From the NCBI RefSeq assembly GCF_037042905.1, contig NC_087263.1:13456001-13520000 (forward strand): a stretch of 64,000 nt of DNA. The letters run 5' to 3'. Numbering within the stretch: the stretch's first letter is position 1; the number at the start of each line of letters is the position of its first letter. The translations under genes and the position numbers were made by a program. A model generated the notes under the pieces. The model worked only from the letters and a program-made list of their open reading frames with translations, made no database searches and was not told the origin of the DNA. Source of the stretch: Lytechinus pictus. Lineage: Eukaryota. Positions 26,894 to 37,400 of the stretch are shown one piece after another.

Positions 26894-27313
26894 AGGTACA
26901 TCGTCCCCGGATATTTGGACGGTTCTGTACTCGCCGCCATTTTCATTACGGAGACCATCGACGCGATTTGCATGCAGCTGTCAATCATCAGCTAGTCGCG
27001 CAGCACGTGTACACATTCATAGTACACAAACGTTACGCTGCTTTTGGTTACATCAGCATGGGTCCAAATAACTGCTGACGTCGATTTTCACAGCAGAAGG
27101 AGGCGGAGCCAACCTGCCAAGATCTTCGAACAGCGGCCGAAGCATATGCGTACTAAGAATCGTCAGAGCTCGGGCATTCGGAACATGGCATTTGCGTACG
27201 CGACGTATAACTATGATAACATTGATGCCAATGGGCAGCTGGTGCAGTCCTTATTGTGTACGTTTACTGTCAAGCAGCGACCTCTGAACCCGGGGAGCGT
27301 TGACGGTGAAACT
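26894..27313. mobile_element. TTAA-flanked (Kolobok-like) MITE
   Basis: TTAA|AGGTACATCGTCCCCGG ... GACGGTGAAACT|TTAA; partial copy at ~46001-46243. Confidence 0.7.
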
Positions 27314-27407
27314 TTAACAGTTACTACCAATGGAATAACTAAAAGCTATAACAATCGAATCTCGGGATAAAGTCAATTTATTAAGTTTCTTCTGCTTTTG
27401 TGCCCAG

Positions 27408-27695
27408 ACGGCGCAGTCAAGATCCCTATCGTTTGGCCTGATGGAACCTACGGACTCCCGAAGCCAACATCCGGGTGCCCTGACGGATGGCATGACGGGT
27501 ATCGTTATCACGATACAGAAGACGACGATAGCAACAATTATTGGTCTAACCCTCTACATCTAGAAGGTTCGAGAGGATCCAACAACATGAGGAATTATTT
27601 CTGCATGAAAACCACAAGCGCTGCTCCATCTGGTTTAGGATGGGCATGGCCAGCGGGCAGCTACTGTATTTACAAAAGGGGCTCTTGTCCATCAG
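27408..27695 (+). CDS. MACPF-ApeC exon 7 (ApeC domain start)
   Basis: WPDGTYGLPKPTSGCP, HDTEDD, YFCMK, WPAGSYCIYKRGSCP; gcccAG|...G|GTACGT; phase 1-1. Confidence 0.95.
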
Positions 27696-28039
27696 GTACG
27701 TGAAAGTCTTTTTATTTCATTTTTTATAGGAGGGGGGGGGGGGTAAGGGGGTTAAATTCTAAACTTTATTTTTTTATTCTAAAGTTTATTTTTTTCAGTT
27801 AATTTTCATCTTCATAGTTTTCACTTTTCAATTCTATTTTCTTAGTTTTTGTTGTAAATTTTAGGTTTTGATTTTTTTAAATTCCTCTTCTTAACTTTGA
27901 ATTTAATGTCGATTGTAATGATTAATCAATTATTGCATTAATCACTATTTTTTAGGGGGAATTTGTTCGGAGAGCGATCTTTTTGTTATTATCCGGTCAC
28001 TGTATTCATAGCTTTTTAGCAAAAGGTTAGGCCCACACT

Positions 28040-28212
28040 TGCTCAACCAACCACAGTGGCGGTTGTTTTCTACTGGTACCCAATTAGCACCACCTGGGTG
28101 AGAGTTGCAAAGTGTGGACTGACGCCCTGCCAAAGGACGCCTCGCCATGGTGGGATTCGAACACACGACCCTCTGATTACAAGGGGTCAGAACCGCTACA
28201 CCACGGCGCTTC
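28040..28212 (-). mobile_element. tRNA-derived SINE
   Basis: Minus strand TGGTGTAGCGG, GTTCGAATCC, then ACCCAGGTG...TGGGTACC core. Confidence 0.7.
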
Positions 28213-28309
28213 CAAACGCCATCGTTTCATTCAACGTGGATCAAATCGTCAAGTCACATTTATTAATCGGTTCGTTTGTGTTTTTTTTTTCTCGATCCTT
28301 TCAAAACAG

Positions 28310-28512
28310 GTTTCACAGAGGGTAACATTTACTGGGATGATGAGGATGACAATAACGGTAACAGCGTTTCGGGGGTACTCCCAGACGGGGATTATGGTCG
28401 CAATACAAGGATCTACTTCTGTTGCCGAACCGATGGTTATGCCCACATTCCCATCTATCTTCCAACTGATGACAATTTCATTCTATTCCCCCTCTATTCA
28501 ACCTGCCAATCG
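28310..28512 (+). CDS. MACPF-ApeC exon 8 (ApeC)
   Basis: GFTEGNIYWDDEDDNNGN...LPDGDYGRNTRIYFCCRTDG...LPTDDNFILF; aaacAG|...|GTAAGT; phase 1-0. Confidence 0.95.
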
Positions 28513-28769
28513 GTAAGTCATGAATGTCAATAGACGAGAGACCAGAAGGAAAGGGGGGGGATGACAACATATAATACCCCCACCCTCACTATTGTTTATC
28601 AGACGTATGTGCATTACTCTGCCCTGCTCTTTGCAAGAAAAAAGAGGCGTTTGAAGTAGACAAAACGTCCTCCAAAATCTAACATGCACCAATAGCATTA
28701 TTGCTAGCAGGAAGTACACAAAGCGTCATATCGTGGGAGGGGGCACGTCTTGGCCGTAAATAGCGGACA

Positions 28770-28940
28770 AGCATTTCATCAAAGAATACTTTTTCTGTCA
28801 GGCATCCATTTACCTCGCTTGGGTCGGGTGTAGCATGATCTGGATCAATATCTTACCGAAGGAAATTACGTCATTGCTGTGATTCGAACCCACGGCCCTT
28901 TCAAATTCCGAAGACTGATGCATCGACCACATCGCTCCAG
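28770..28940 (-). mobile_element. Degenerate tRNA-derived SINE
   Basis: Minus strand GGTTCGAATC B box and ACCCAAGCGAGGTAAATGGATGCC core, similar to the copy at 32757. Confidence 0.55.
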
Positions 28941-29302
28941 AAATGAGAATATAACTTCAGAAAGTTGAAGATAACTTGTGAAAAAAAACCCTCTCACTCG
29001 ATCATTTCATTTTCCCCGATATTCAAACTAAAACTCAAATATTTCAAATATTAATAACTTGTATATAATACCTCAATAAATACTTTGTACAATGGGAAAT
29101 TTTAAAAGTCATGCAAACCAACAAAAAACATAAAGCAATGATGGTGAGGGAGTAGCAGAAAGTCGTTGGCCTACTACGGTAAATTTTCCAATCGATATTT
29201 GAGATTGCAGCAAGTGTAAAAAAAAACAATACTAACAAAACAATTTTGAATATACCTTCATTACTTTCTAAAGATGTTCCGTCTTTTTTTGTGTATTTCA
29301 AG

Positions 29303-29452
29303 GTTAATGGGATGTCGGTCTCCAATGAATATTTCCGCTGGGATAACGAGGATGATAATAATCGCGATAGTCAGACGCAAATGCATCCCTATGAAGGCTT
29401 GCAAGGAGGCAATCACAACGTCGTGCTTCACTTCTGCTACTACTCCAATTAG
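29303..29452 (+). CDS. MACPF-ApeC exon 9 (ApeC end, stop codon)
   Basis: tttcaAG| VNGMSVSNEYFRWDNEDDNN...VVLHFCYYSN*; spliced CDS totals 1683 nt = 560 aa. Confidence 0.93.
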   Translation, partial: VNGMSVSNEYFRWDNEDDNNRDSQTQMHPYEGLQGGNHNVVLHFCYYSN

Positions 29453-29477
29453 ATGCGGATAAGGAAGATATAGACCC

Positions 29478-30014
29478 GGGCCCATTTTACAAAGAGTTGT
29501 GATTGACCCGATCAATCGCAACTACGGAAAGCCAGCAAACTCACCATATACAATGCATGTTTGCTTAATTTTTTTTCTAGATATAAATGCATATCCATGA
29601 GTTCATTGATTTATTGACAGTTCGGTGTGTTCGCCTTTGTTTACAAAGGACATTTTTAACATTTCCTGTAGAAAAAATTATGACACTGATGGATTTCCAT
29701 AGAGTTACGATTGATTGGATCAATCATAACTCTTTGTAAGACGGGGCCCCCGTCTTACAGCGAGATACGATCGAACCGATCTATCTCAAGTATATGAAAA
29801 TCCATCAATGTCATACCTTTTTCTTTCGGAAATTTGCTCAATGTCCTTTAAAAACAAAAGGAAGCATACTGAATTTTCAAGAAAATATTGAATGTGTGAA
29901 TATACATCATTTCTAGAAAATATTTCGAACAAACATGTATTTTAGATGTTGACATAACTGGCCTTCCATAGTTGCGATTTATTGGATTAATCGCAACCTT
30001 TGTAAGGCAGCCCC
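29478..30014. mobile_element. Two abutting palindromic MITEs of one family just after the stop codon
   Basis: GGGCCCATTTTACAAAGAGTTGTGATTG ... CAATCATAACTCTTTGTAAGACGGGGCCC (29478-29750); second copy ~29744-30014. Confidence 0.75.
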
Positions 30015-30478
30015 GTAGTGGCATCAAAAACCTATTTGTTTCTTTATTTTGCGTATTTAAATAGGGTAGTTTTTGTTTACATCAGATGGAACATATAAAC
30101 TGTAAAAATATAAGAAGTTTGTATGAAATAGCATGCATTCTTAATTGGATGCCCAAGTAAGATTTATTGTTGTGAAAAACTTGAGGAAATTCCATCCTAA
30201 GGAATCTTGGGGAGTTGATCCCTTGTGAAGTCGCATGATAAAATCTCTTTGAAATCCACAACTTTGCTATTTGATAATTTTTCGCCAAACCTTTCTGAAG
30301 GTATAGCTTTCAAATTATTTTATTTTAACCAACTTGATGTAGGGGTATACCATCCATTACGTAAAACAAATAGCAACATAAAACTGGAAGAATGCGGAAT
30401 ATGAGACTGTTAATATGAAATACAAAATATAAAGACAATGTGTGCGTCGTGTATAAGCAGGCTGTGTCCGATTCAAGG

Positions 30479-30710
30479 AAGCGTTGGTCTAGTGGTTAGA
30501 GCATTGGCCACATAATCGCAAGGTTTTGAGTTCGAATCCTCACCCTGCCATTGTCTCCGCATTGATAAAAAAAAAACGCCCGAGAGTAATATCTGTCGTC
30601 TATAAGGTCAGCCACACTATGTTTCCTAAGTAATTGGTTATATACCAGCTTGGCGTTTACCAGCAAAGCTGTCCTGCCGATTTCATAAACAGAATAACAT
30701 ATTTTATTAT
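30479..30710 (+). mobile_element. tRNA-derived SINE
   Basis: A box TGGTCTAGTGG, B box GAGTTCGAATCC, non-tRNA 3' body. Confidence 0.7.
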
Positions 30711-31858
30711 TAATTTTAGACAGAGGGGCAAAGAATAAAGTTTTGCATCATTTTGGAAACTAATAATATTTTTTCCGTTTTAAAAGATGAATAGAGCGGT
30801 AAGTGGTGGGGGTAGAATTCTTGATTTGACCGAATAAGTTGCAGTTTTGAGAACTTTTCTCGTCCCAAATATGTCGTATAAAGAAGACCATAGTTGTCTT
30901 AAGCAACCGTTCCGTGTGTGTTTTTTGTTCGATTAATTTTTGTTACCATTTGTTGCAGAAAAGTTTTGTGATAAATCTGTGATATTACTTTGGTTTCAAT
31001 TTAAATTGTGCCAATATAAGCATTTTTGGTGAATAGAGGTTGCTCATGAAATTTTCTTGATTTTATCAAAAGAAATTATATAAATAATATAAATAACTCT
31101 ACGTATATCCCATCATGCTCTCCATGATTTTTTCCTCTTTATAATCCTGCCTCATCATTAACGAGGTTGGAAAATCACACTTTAAATAATCTTCATAGTC
31201 TTTATATTATTACCATGTATAATTCTTGTTCATTTAACATTGTGATAACTTCACAAGCTAAATTTTCATAAGTTTGAGATTCGAAATTTTTAGGATATTG
31301 CATATATTTTGCATAATATTTTGCGGTTCTCGGTCGTTATTAGGAATTGTGTTAAACTTCATTTTGTATTTTTGGCTGTCATGTAGTCATTACATCATCT
31401 TGAATGTTTGTGTGTTAATTAAAATTGGGTTTAGTGGTTTTAAACGTATCTTTACTGTTCCTTTTGTTTTATGAAAGCATATGCTTTCGTTATTCGACTG
31501 AAAGTTGATAAGCTTTAAAACTTGAGCGTCTATATTCATCGTCAACATGCATGGTAATGCATTTGCTTCGTGCCCTTTATAGATTTATGTTAATTGCATG
31601 GTTTTAGACGAAATTTATATTGTCCTCTTTGATAAATGCATACAATTTCAGTATTCGTCTTTAAGTTGACAAGGTTCACTTTTAAGTCTCTAAATTCACT
31701 GTATCTTAATCATCTTCATTGTCCATGAATGGTTATACATTTGTTTCATGCGCTGATGAATTCAGGTTTAAAACAAAAATACTATTGTTCTGTTTTGATG
31801 AATGCTGGGTTTCTAAATTTACCGATTTTTCGCATTTTATTTTATTTTCTCATATTAA

Positions 31859-32449
31859 AGGACAAGTCCATCCCAACAAAACGTTAATTTGAATTAAAAA
31901 AGAGAAAAATCCAAATAGCATAACACTGAAAATTTCATCAAAATCGGATTCAAAATAAGAAAGTTATGACGTTTTTAAGTTTCCCTTATTTTCACAAAAC
32001 AGTTATATTCACATCCTGGTCAGTATGCAAATGAGGGGACTGATGACATTACTCACTATTTCTTTTGTATCTTATTATATGACATTTTCAAATTTTCTCC
32101 GTATTGTTCTCTGAAACAAAGTTTTATTCCTCCCTGAACATGTGGTATTACCATTGTTATAACATTTATGGTTCAGTCAGGTGTGTCCTTATTGTCAAAC
32201 ATGTAAAATTTGAAATATTGTATAATTCAAATAGAAAAACAAAAGATATAGTGAGTGATGGACATCATCGACTCTCTCATTTGCATGTCACTGAGTTGTG
32301 CATATAATTGTTTTGTGAAAAATAAGCGAAAATGTAAAATGTCATAACTTTATTATTTTACATCCGATTTTGATGGAATTTTCAGGATTATGCTTGTTTG
32401 ATTTTTCTCATTTTATTCAAGTCAACATTTTCTGGGGTGAACTTTACCT
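31859..32449. mobile_element. TTAA-flanked (Kolobok-like) non-autonomous element
   Basis: TTAA|AGGACAAGTCCATCCCA ... TGGGGTGAACTTTACCT|TTAA. Confidence 0.75.
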
Positions 32450-32756
32450 TTAAGTATACATGGTTGTGCATTTGTTCTATGCCCTTAATAAACTTAGGTT
32501 CGGCGATTTAACAATCAATCCTTATCATTGTCCTTTCTTATAAATATTTTCAGTTTCATCCTTAGTCAAATCAAGTGTTAAAAGAGTTTTAATAAACTTC
32601 GTAAATTCAATTTGCACATGAACAGATGAATGCCATTGGCCGTGAACCGGAATATGGCTTTTTTATATCACTGAAATGAGTATGAATATTCATGTTATTC
32701 AAATGTCCTCGTGTCCAGCAATATTTGGTGTCTGGCGTTAATAATTTGGAGTACTT

Positions 32757-33030
32757 GCCGACGTGGTCTAGTGGTTATGATTCTCGTCTTTATATATGAA
32801 GGACATGGGTTCGATTCCAAGCCATGGCGTGTTTTCCTTCAGCAAGAAATTTACCCATACTGTGCAGCACCCAAGTGACCGAACCCAGGTGAGGTAAAAG
32901 GGTACCTGGACTGAATTTATTTCTTGAAACGCAGTGCACGTGACAGCTACTCGGCTGATTAGGCCCGGGGAATTATGCTACATTAATGTAGAGCGCTTAG
33001 AGACTTCTGATATTAAGTATTGAGTGCTAA
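32757..33030 (+). mobile_element. tRNA-derived SINE
   Basis: TGGTCTAGTGG, GGTTCGATTCC, ACCCAGGTGAGGTAAAAGGGTACC core, 3' AGAGCGCTTAGAGAC L2-like tail. Confidence 0.75.
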
Positions 33031-33299
33031 TCTCTATACAGCGCGTCCCCCAAAAAATGTCCCTCTGACATAGGGCTGAAGTAATTTCAAATGTGGTAGT
33101 ATTTTCAATCAAATGTACATGAGTAGAAAGGTTTTTTTTTCATAATATAACTTCTTTGAAACTTTCATTGTTCTCGCTTCAGCGGTTTTGAATACACACC
33201 CTGTTACGCAACAGTTGTGCCTTTCAGGCCATTCCAAGTTCGCAACACTGCTGTATTTTTGCATCGTCTTTAACATGTTAACCCCGGCACTTTACCATC

Positions 33300-33690
33300 C
33301 TGGATGTGAGCCGGGACATTTACCCCAACACATCTGTCCCACATAGCCAAAGAGATACGACCACTAAAGTGTATTTTGGGCTCGCAGGGGGAACTTTCAA
33401 GGAAAGATTCAGAAATCACACAAAATCTTTCCGAAACGAGGAATACCAAAACGGAGCCGAGCTTTCTAACTACATATGGGATCTGAAAAAGAAAGGTGAA
33501 CACTATAATTTAACATAGGAAATAATAAAGAAATCTAACTTGGCAATGCGAAGAAGTGGGATTTGCAACCTCTGCCTATAGGGAAAACTAGTCATCACAA
33601 CATAAAAAAGAAAACTCGCTCAACCGAAGGTCTGAGCTGATTAGCACTTGGCGCCACAAAAGAAAGAACAAAGAACCACCGGACCATGAA
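33300..33690 (+). mobile_element. Penelope-like element fragment (GIY-YIG endonuclease C-terminal part), degenerate
   Basis: KVYFGLAGGTFKERFRNHTKSFRNEEYQNGAELSNYIWDLKKKG...ICNLCL...LNRRSELIS; internal stops. Confidence 0.8.
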
Positions 33691-34089
33691 ATGCATCCAT
33701 TGCCCCATATATATACTGTATATATATATATATACTGTATATATTGTCTTCTTTACAAAAATAAATTTTGAAGTCAAAATCATTACACCTGACTCATTTG
33801 ATTCTTAATAACCAAACTTTTATTTGGTTTTCATATTACATTCGTTACAAAAATAGAATTGTCGACTGAGTACGCTATGGCTTTACTTTAATTTACCAAC
33901 TAATGGACACAATAAATTACAATACGCTAAATGAATATTATTCAAGCCAATATTTCCTGGAGCGTAGGATTGTAGTTGAATACATAATTGATTGATCATA
34001 AAAAGCGAAAATTGATTTACATAACATATAACAATGTTCGATATTATACCTTAAACGTTAAATAAAAATTTTAATTAACACAAAGAGTC

Positions 34090-34270
34090 ATTTTCCAGTA
34101 ATATTCAAGAAAGATGGGCGACTAATAATAAAATTTCTTAGAAAAATATTGCATGGTAATATTCTAGAGGACCTTATCTTTGCTGAGAACATTAAAAAAA
34201 TTAAAATAAAATTCATTTCATGTCCCAAAACCAGTTTTGGCGCACCCTTGCTCACTCCTGGCCCACTGTG
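34090..34270 (-). mobile_element. One end of a Transib-like element (inverted, truncated)
   Basis: Minus strand CACAGTGGGCCAGGAGTGAGCAAGGGTGCGCCAAAA, similar to the left end of 34779-35983; inner boundary approximate. Confidence 0.7.
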
Positions 34271-34328
34271 CGCCGATGGAAAAGCGGGGCGTAATAGTCT
34301 CGCTCTGCAATGCAGGCGAGACAAAAAG
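34271..34328 (-). mobile_element. Diverged inverted HINE 5' head fragment
   Basis: Reverse complement TTTTGTCTCGCCTGCATTGCAGAGCGAGACTATTACGCCCCGCTTTTCCATCGGCG matches the head at 34430. Confidence 0.75.
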
Positions 34329-34429
34329 GAACTCACTGGAAAGCATCGCTTGTTGATATGGGTTTCCTGCAATATATGATCGATTAAAATATATACAAGA
34401 TAATAAAAACAATAACAAATAGGTCGAGC

Positions 34430-37400
34430 TTTTTGTCTCACCTGCAGAGCAGAGTGAGACTATTATAGGCGCCGCTTTTCCGACGGCGGCGGCGTCGACA
34501 CCAAAATATTAACCGAAGGTTAAGTTTTTGAAATGACAGCATAACTTAGAAAGTATATGGTCCTAGTTCATGAAACTTGGCCATAAGATTAATCAAGTAT
34601 TACTGAACATCCTGCCTGAGTTTCATGTCACATGACCAAGGTCAAAGGTCATTTAGGGTCAATGAACTTTGACCATGTTGGGGGAATCAACATCAAAATC
34701 TTAACCTAAGGTTAAGTTTTTGTCTCAACTGCATATCAGAGTGAGACTATTATAGGCGCCGCTTTTCCGACGGCGGCGCACAGTGGGCCGGGGCGAAACA
34801 AAAGTGCGCCAAAAGTCATTTTGGGCAATTTCAGATTTTTAATTTTTGTCATGCCCAGCTGAAAGATAACACTTTGAAGAATACTTCAGCAAAATATTTC
34901 ATTCCGGAATTTGCATAAAGGTTGTTAATTTCCTACCTTAAATCGTAAAATGTGACATTTTGCGAAATGTCGCGTATATGACAACCTAGTTGAAAAACAG
35001 CCCATTTCATAGGAGGTTTTTCATGTAGGAATCTGAAATCGCTCCCACATAATCCTTATATATATATTTTTCGTGTGAAAGGGTTCAAGGTAGATAAAAG
35101 ACATCTTTCAGGGGGTTTATAGGATGATTATTCCTCGAAATAGGCTGAAAATCCGTGTTTTTTGCATTTACATTAGAAACGTTTAGATTTCCGTGGATTT
35201 CCGTCTAAATTCGATAAACATCATTTTTTCCAAAGTCTAAGCTTTAAGTCCATACCAAATTTAGCTGCCCGTTTTTGCCCGTTTTTATGTTAGAGCCGAT
35301 TTTACTTGACACAACACCCCAAAAACCTGTTCAAAAACGGACATTTTTATACCGCGCAGTCATCGTAGCGCACCGTATGGGTGTACATTGCCGTTCGCTT
35401 TTGCACGGCGAAGACGATTCCCCTTCCATTCCATGAAAATGACATGAATTCCGTGCATAATATAAACAACATAAAGGTTGGTAACGCAAATAAGGGCTAT
35501 ACCCACAACTTTTCAAACTTTTGAGCCAAAAACCCTCCTCATAGTAATACATTCGTGGTGTTATATACTCTGCGTTTTACACAATTCAACACAGCTTGAT
35601 AAAGCACGGTTAATATTTTTCAGATTTAATTTTTTTTTAAATAAATCTAATTAATGATCATTTAGATGCCATAAAATTATTTTCGGCATCTCATATACAC
35701 TTTTTAGGCATATGAGAAGCATAAACCAACATTCACTCTGGTCAATCTTAAAGTAGCACATAACACAGAGTTTATATACTACACATTGTTTAGCGTAATT
35801 TGTCTTTTCACAGATAGGTTTTAAGTAGCCAATCAAAATTTGGTATCAAGGTGACGTCATATCGGCTTTAAATTATGTTCAGTCGATTCTACGCCCAAAA
35901 TTACCCATAATCAATATGTTAAAGTAAAAATCTAACACGGAATATAATTTTGGCGCACTTTCAACTCATTCTGGCCCACTGTGCGGCGGCGTCGACACCA
36001 AAATATTAACCGAAGGTTAAGTTTTTGAAATGACAGCATAACTTAAAAAGTATATGGACCTAGTTAATGAAACTTGGCCATAAGGTTAATCAAGTATTAC
36101 TAAACATCCTGCCTGAGTTTCATGTCACATGACCAAGGTCAAAGGTCAATTAGGGTCAATGAACTTAGACCATGTTGGGGGAATCAACATCAAAATCTTA
36201 ACCTAAGGTTAAGTTTTTGAAATGTCATCATAACTTAGAAAATATATGGACCTAGTTCATGAACCTTGGACATAAGATTAATCAAGTATTACTGAACATC
36301 CTGCATGAGTTTCAGGTCACATGATTAAGGTCAACGGTCATTTAGGGTAAATGAACTTTGGCCAAATGGGGGTATTTGTTGAATTACCATCATAACTTTA
36401 AAAGTATATTGGTCTAGATCATTAAACTTGGACACAAGAGTAATCAAGTATCACTGAACATCCTGTGTGCATTTCAGGTCACATGACCAAGGTCAATGAA
36501 CGTTGGCCGTAATGGGGGTATTTGTTGAATTACCATCATAACTTTGAAAGTTTATGTATCTGACTCATGATACTTGGACATAAGAGTAATCAAGTATCAC
36601 TGAACATCCTGTGCGAGTTTCAGGTCACATGACCAAGGTCAAATGTCAATGGATATTGGCCATGTTGGGGGTATTTGTTGAATTACCATCATAACTCTGT
36701 AAGTATATTGGTCTAGTTCATAAAACTTAGACATAAGAGTTGTCAAGTATCACTGAACATCTCATGCGAGTTTCAGGTCACATGACCAAAGTCAAAGGTC
36801 ATTTAAGGTCATTGAACTTTGGCCATTTTAGAGGTTATTATTAAATTGCTGTCATAACTTTCAAAGTTTATAGATATAGTGTATAAAATGTGGATATAGG
36901 GGTAATCAAGTATCACTGACAAGTTTTAGGTCACATGATCAAGGTCCAATGTCAATGAACGTAGTATTGTATCATTATATGAATGGTGTTTTTTGTGAAT
37001 AATTATTTAAATGGTGTTTTTCAAAGTCAGCACAGCTGCTATATTGAATTGCGTGATGCAGGTGAGACCGCCAGAGGCATTCCACTTGTTGAAATGTCAG
37101 CATAACTTAGACAATATATGGACCTAGTTCATGAAACTTGGACATAAGGTTGATCAAGTATTACTAAACATCCTGCTTGAGTTTCACGTCACATGATCAA
37201 GGTCAAAGGTCATTTAGGGTCAATGAACTTTGGCCAAATTGGGGGTATATGTTGAATTACCATCATAACTTTGAAAGTTTATGAATCTGATTCATGAAAC
37301 TTGGACATAATAGTAAACGAGTATCACTGAGCATCCTGTGCAAGTTTCAGGTCACATGATTAAACGTCAAAGGTCATTTAGGGTAAATGAACTTTGGCCA

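Noticed and set aside
26788..27370. ORFs similar to 45909-46286, suggesting a paralogous gene
   Set aside because: The similarity comes from a shared TTAA-flanked MITE; no protein motifs
33300..33800. Hammerhead ribozyme expected near a Penelope element
   Set aside because: No CUGANGA...GAAA core with flanking stems was found by eye; a covariance-model search would be needed to exclude it
34779..35983. RAG1/RAG2 or Transib transposase coding sequence inside the element
   Set aside because: Only short ORFs without transposase motifs; the element is non-autonomous
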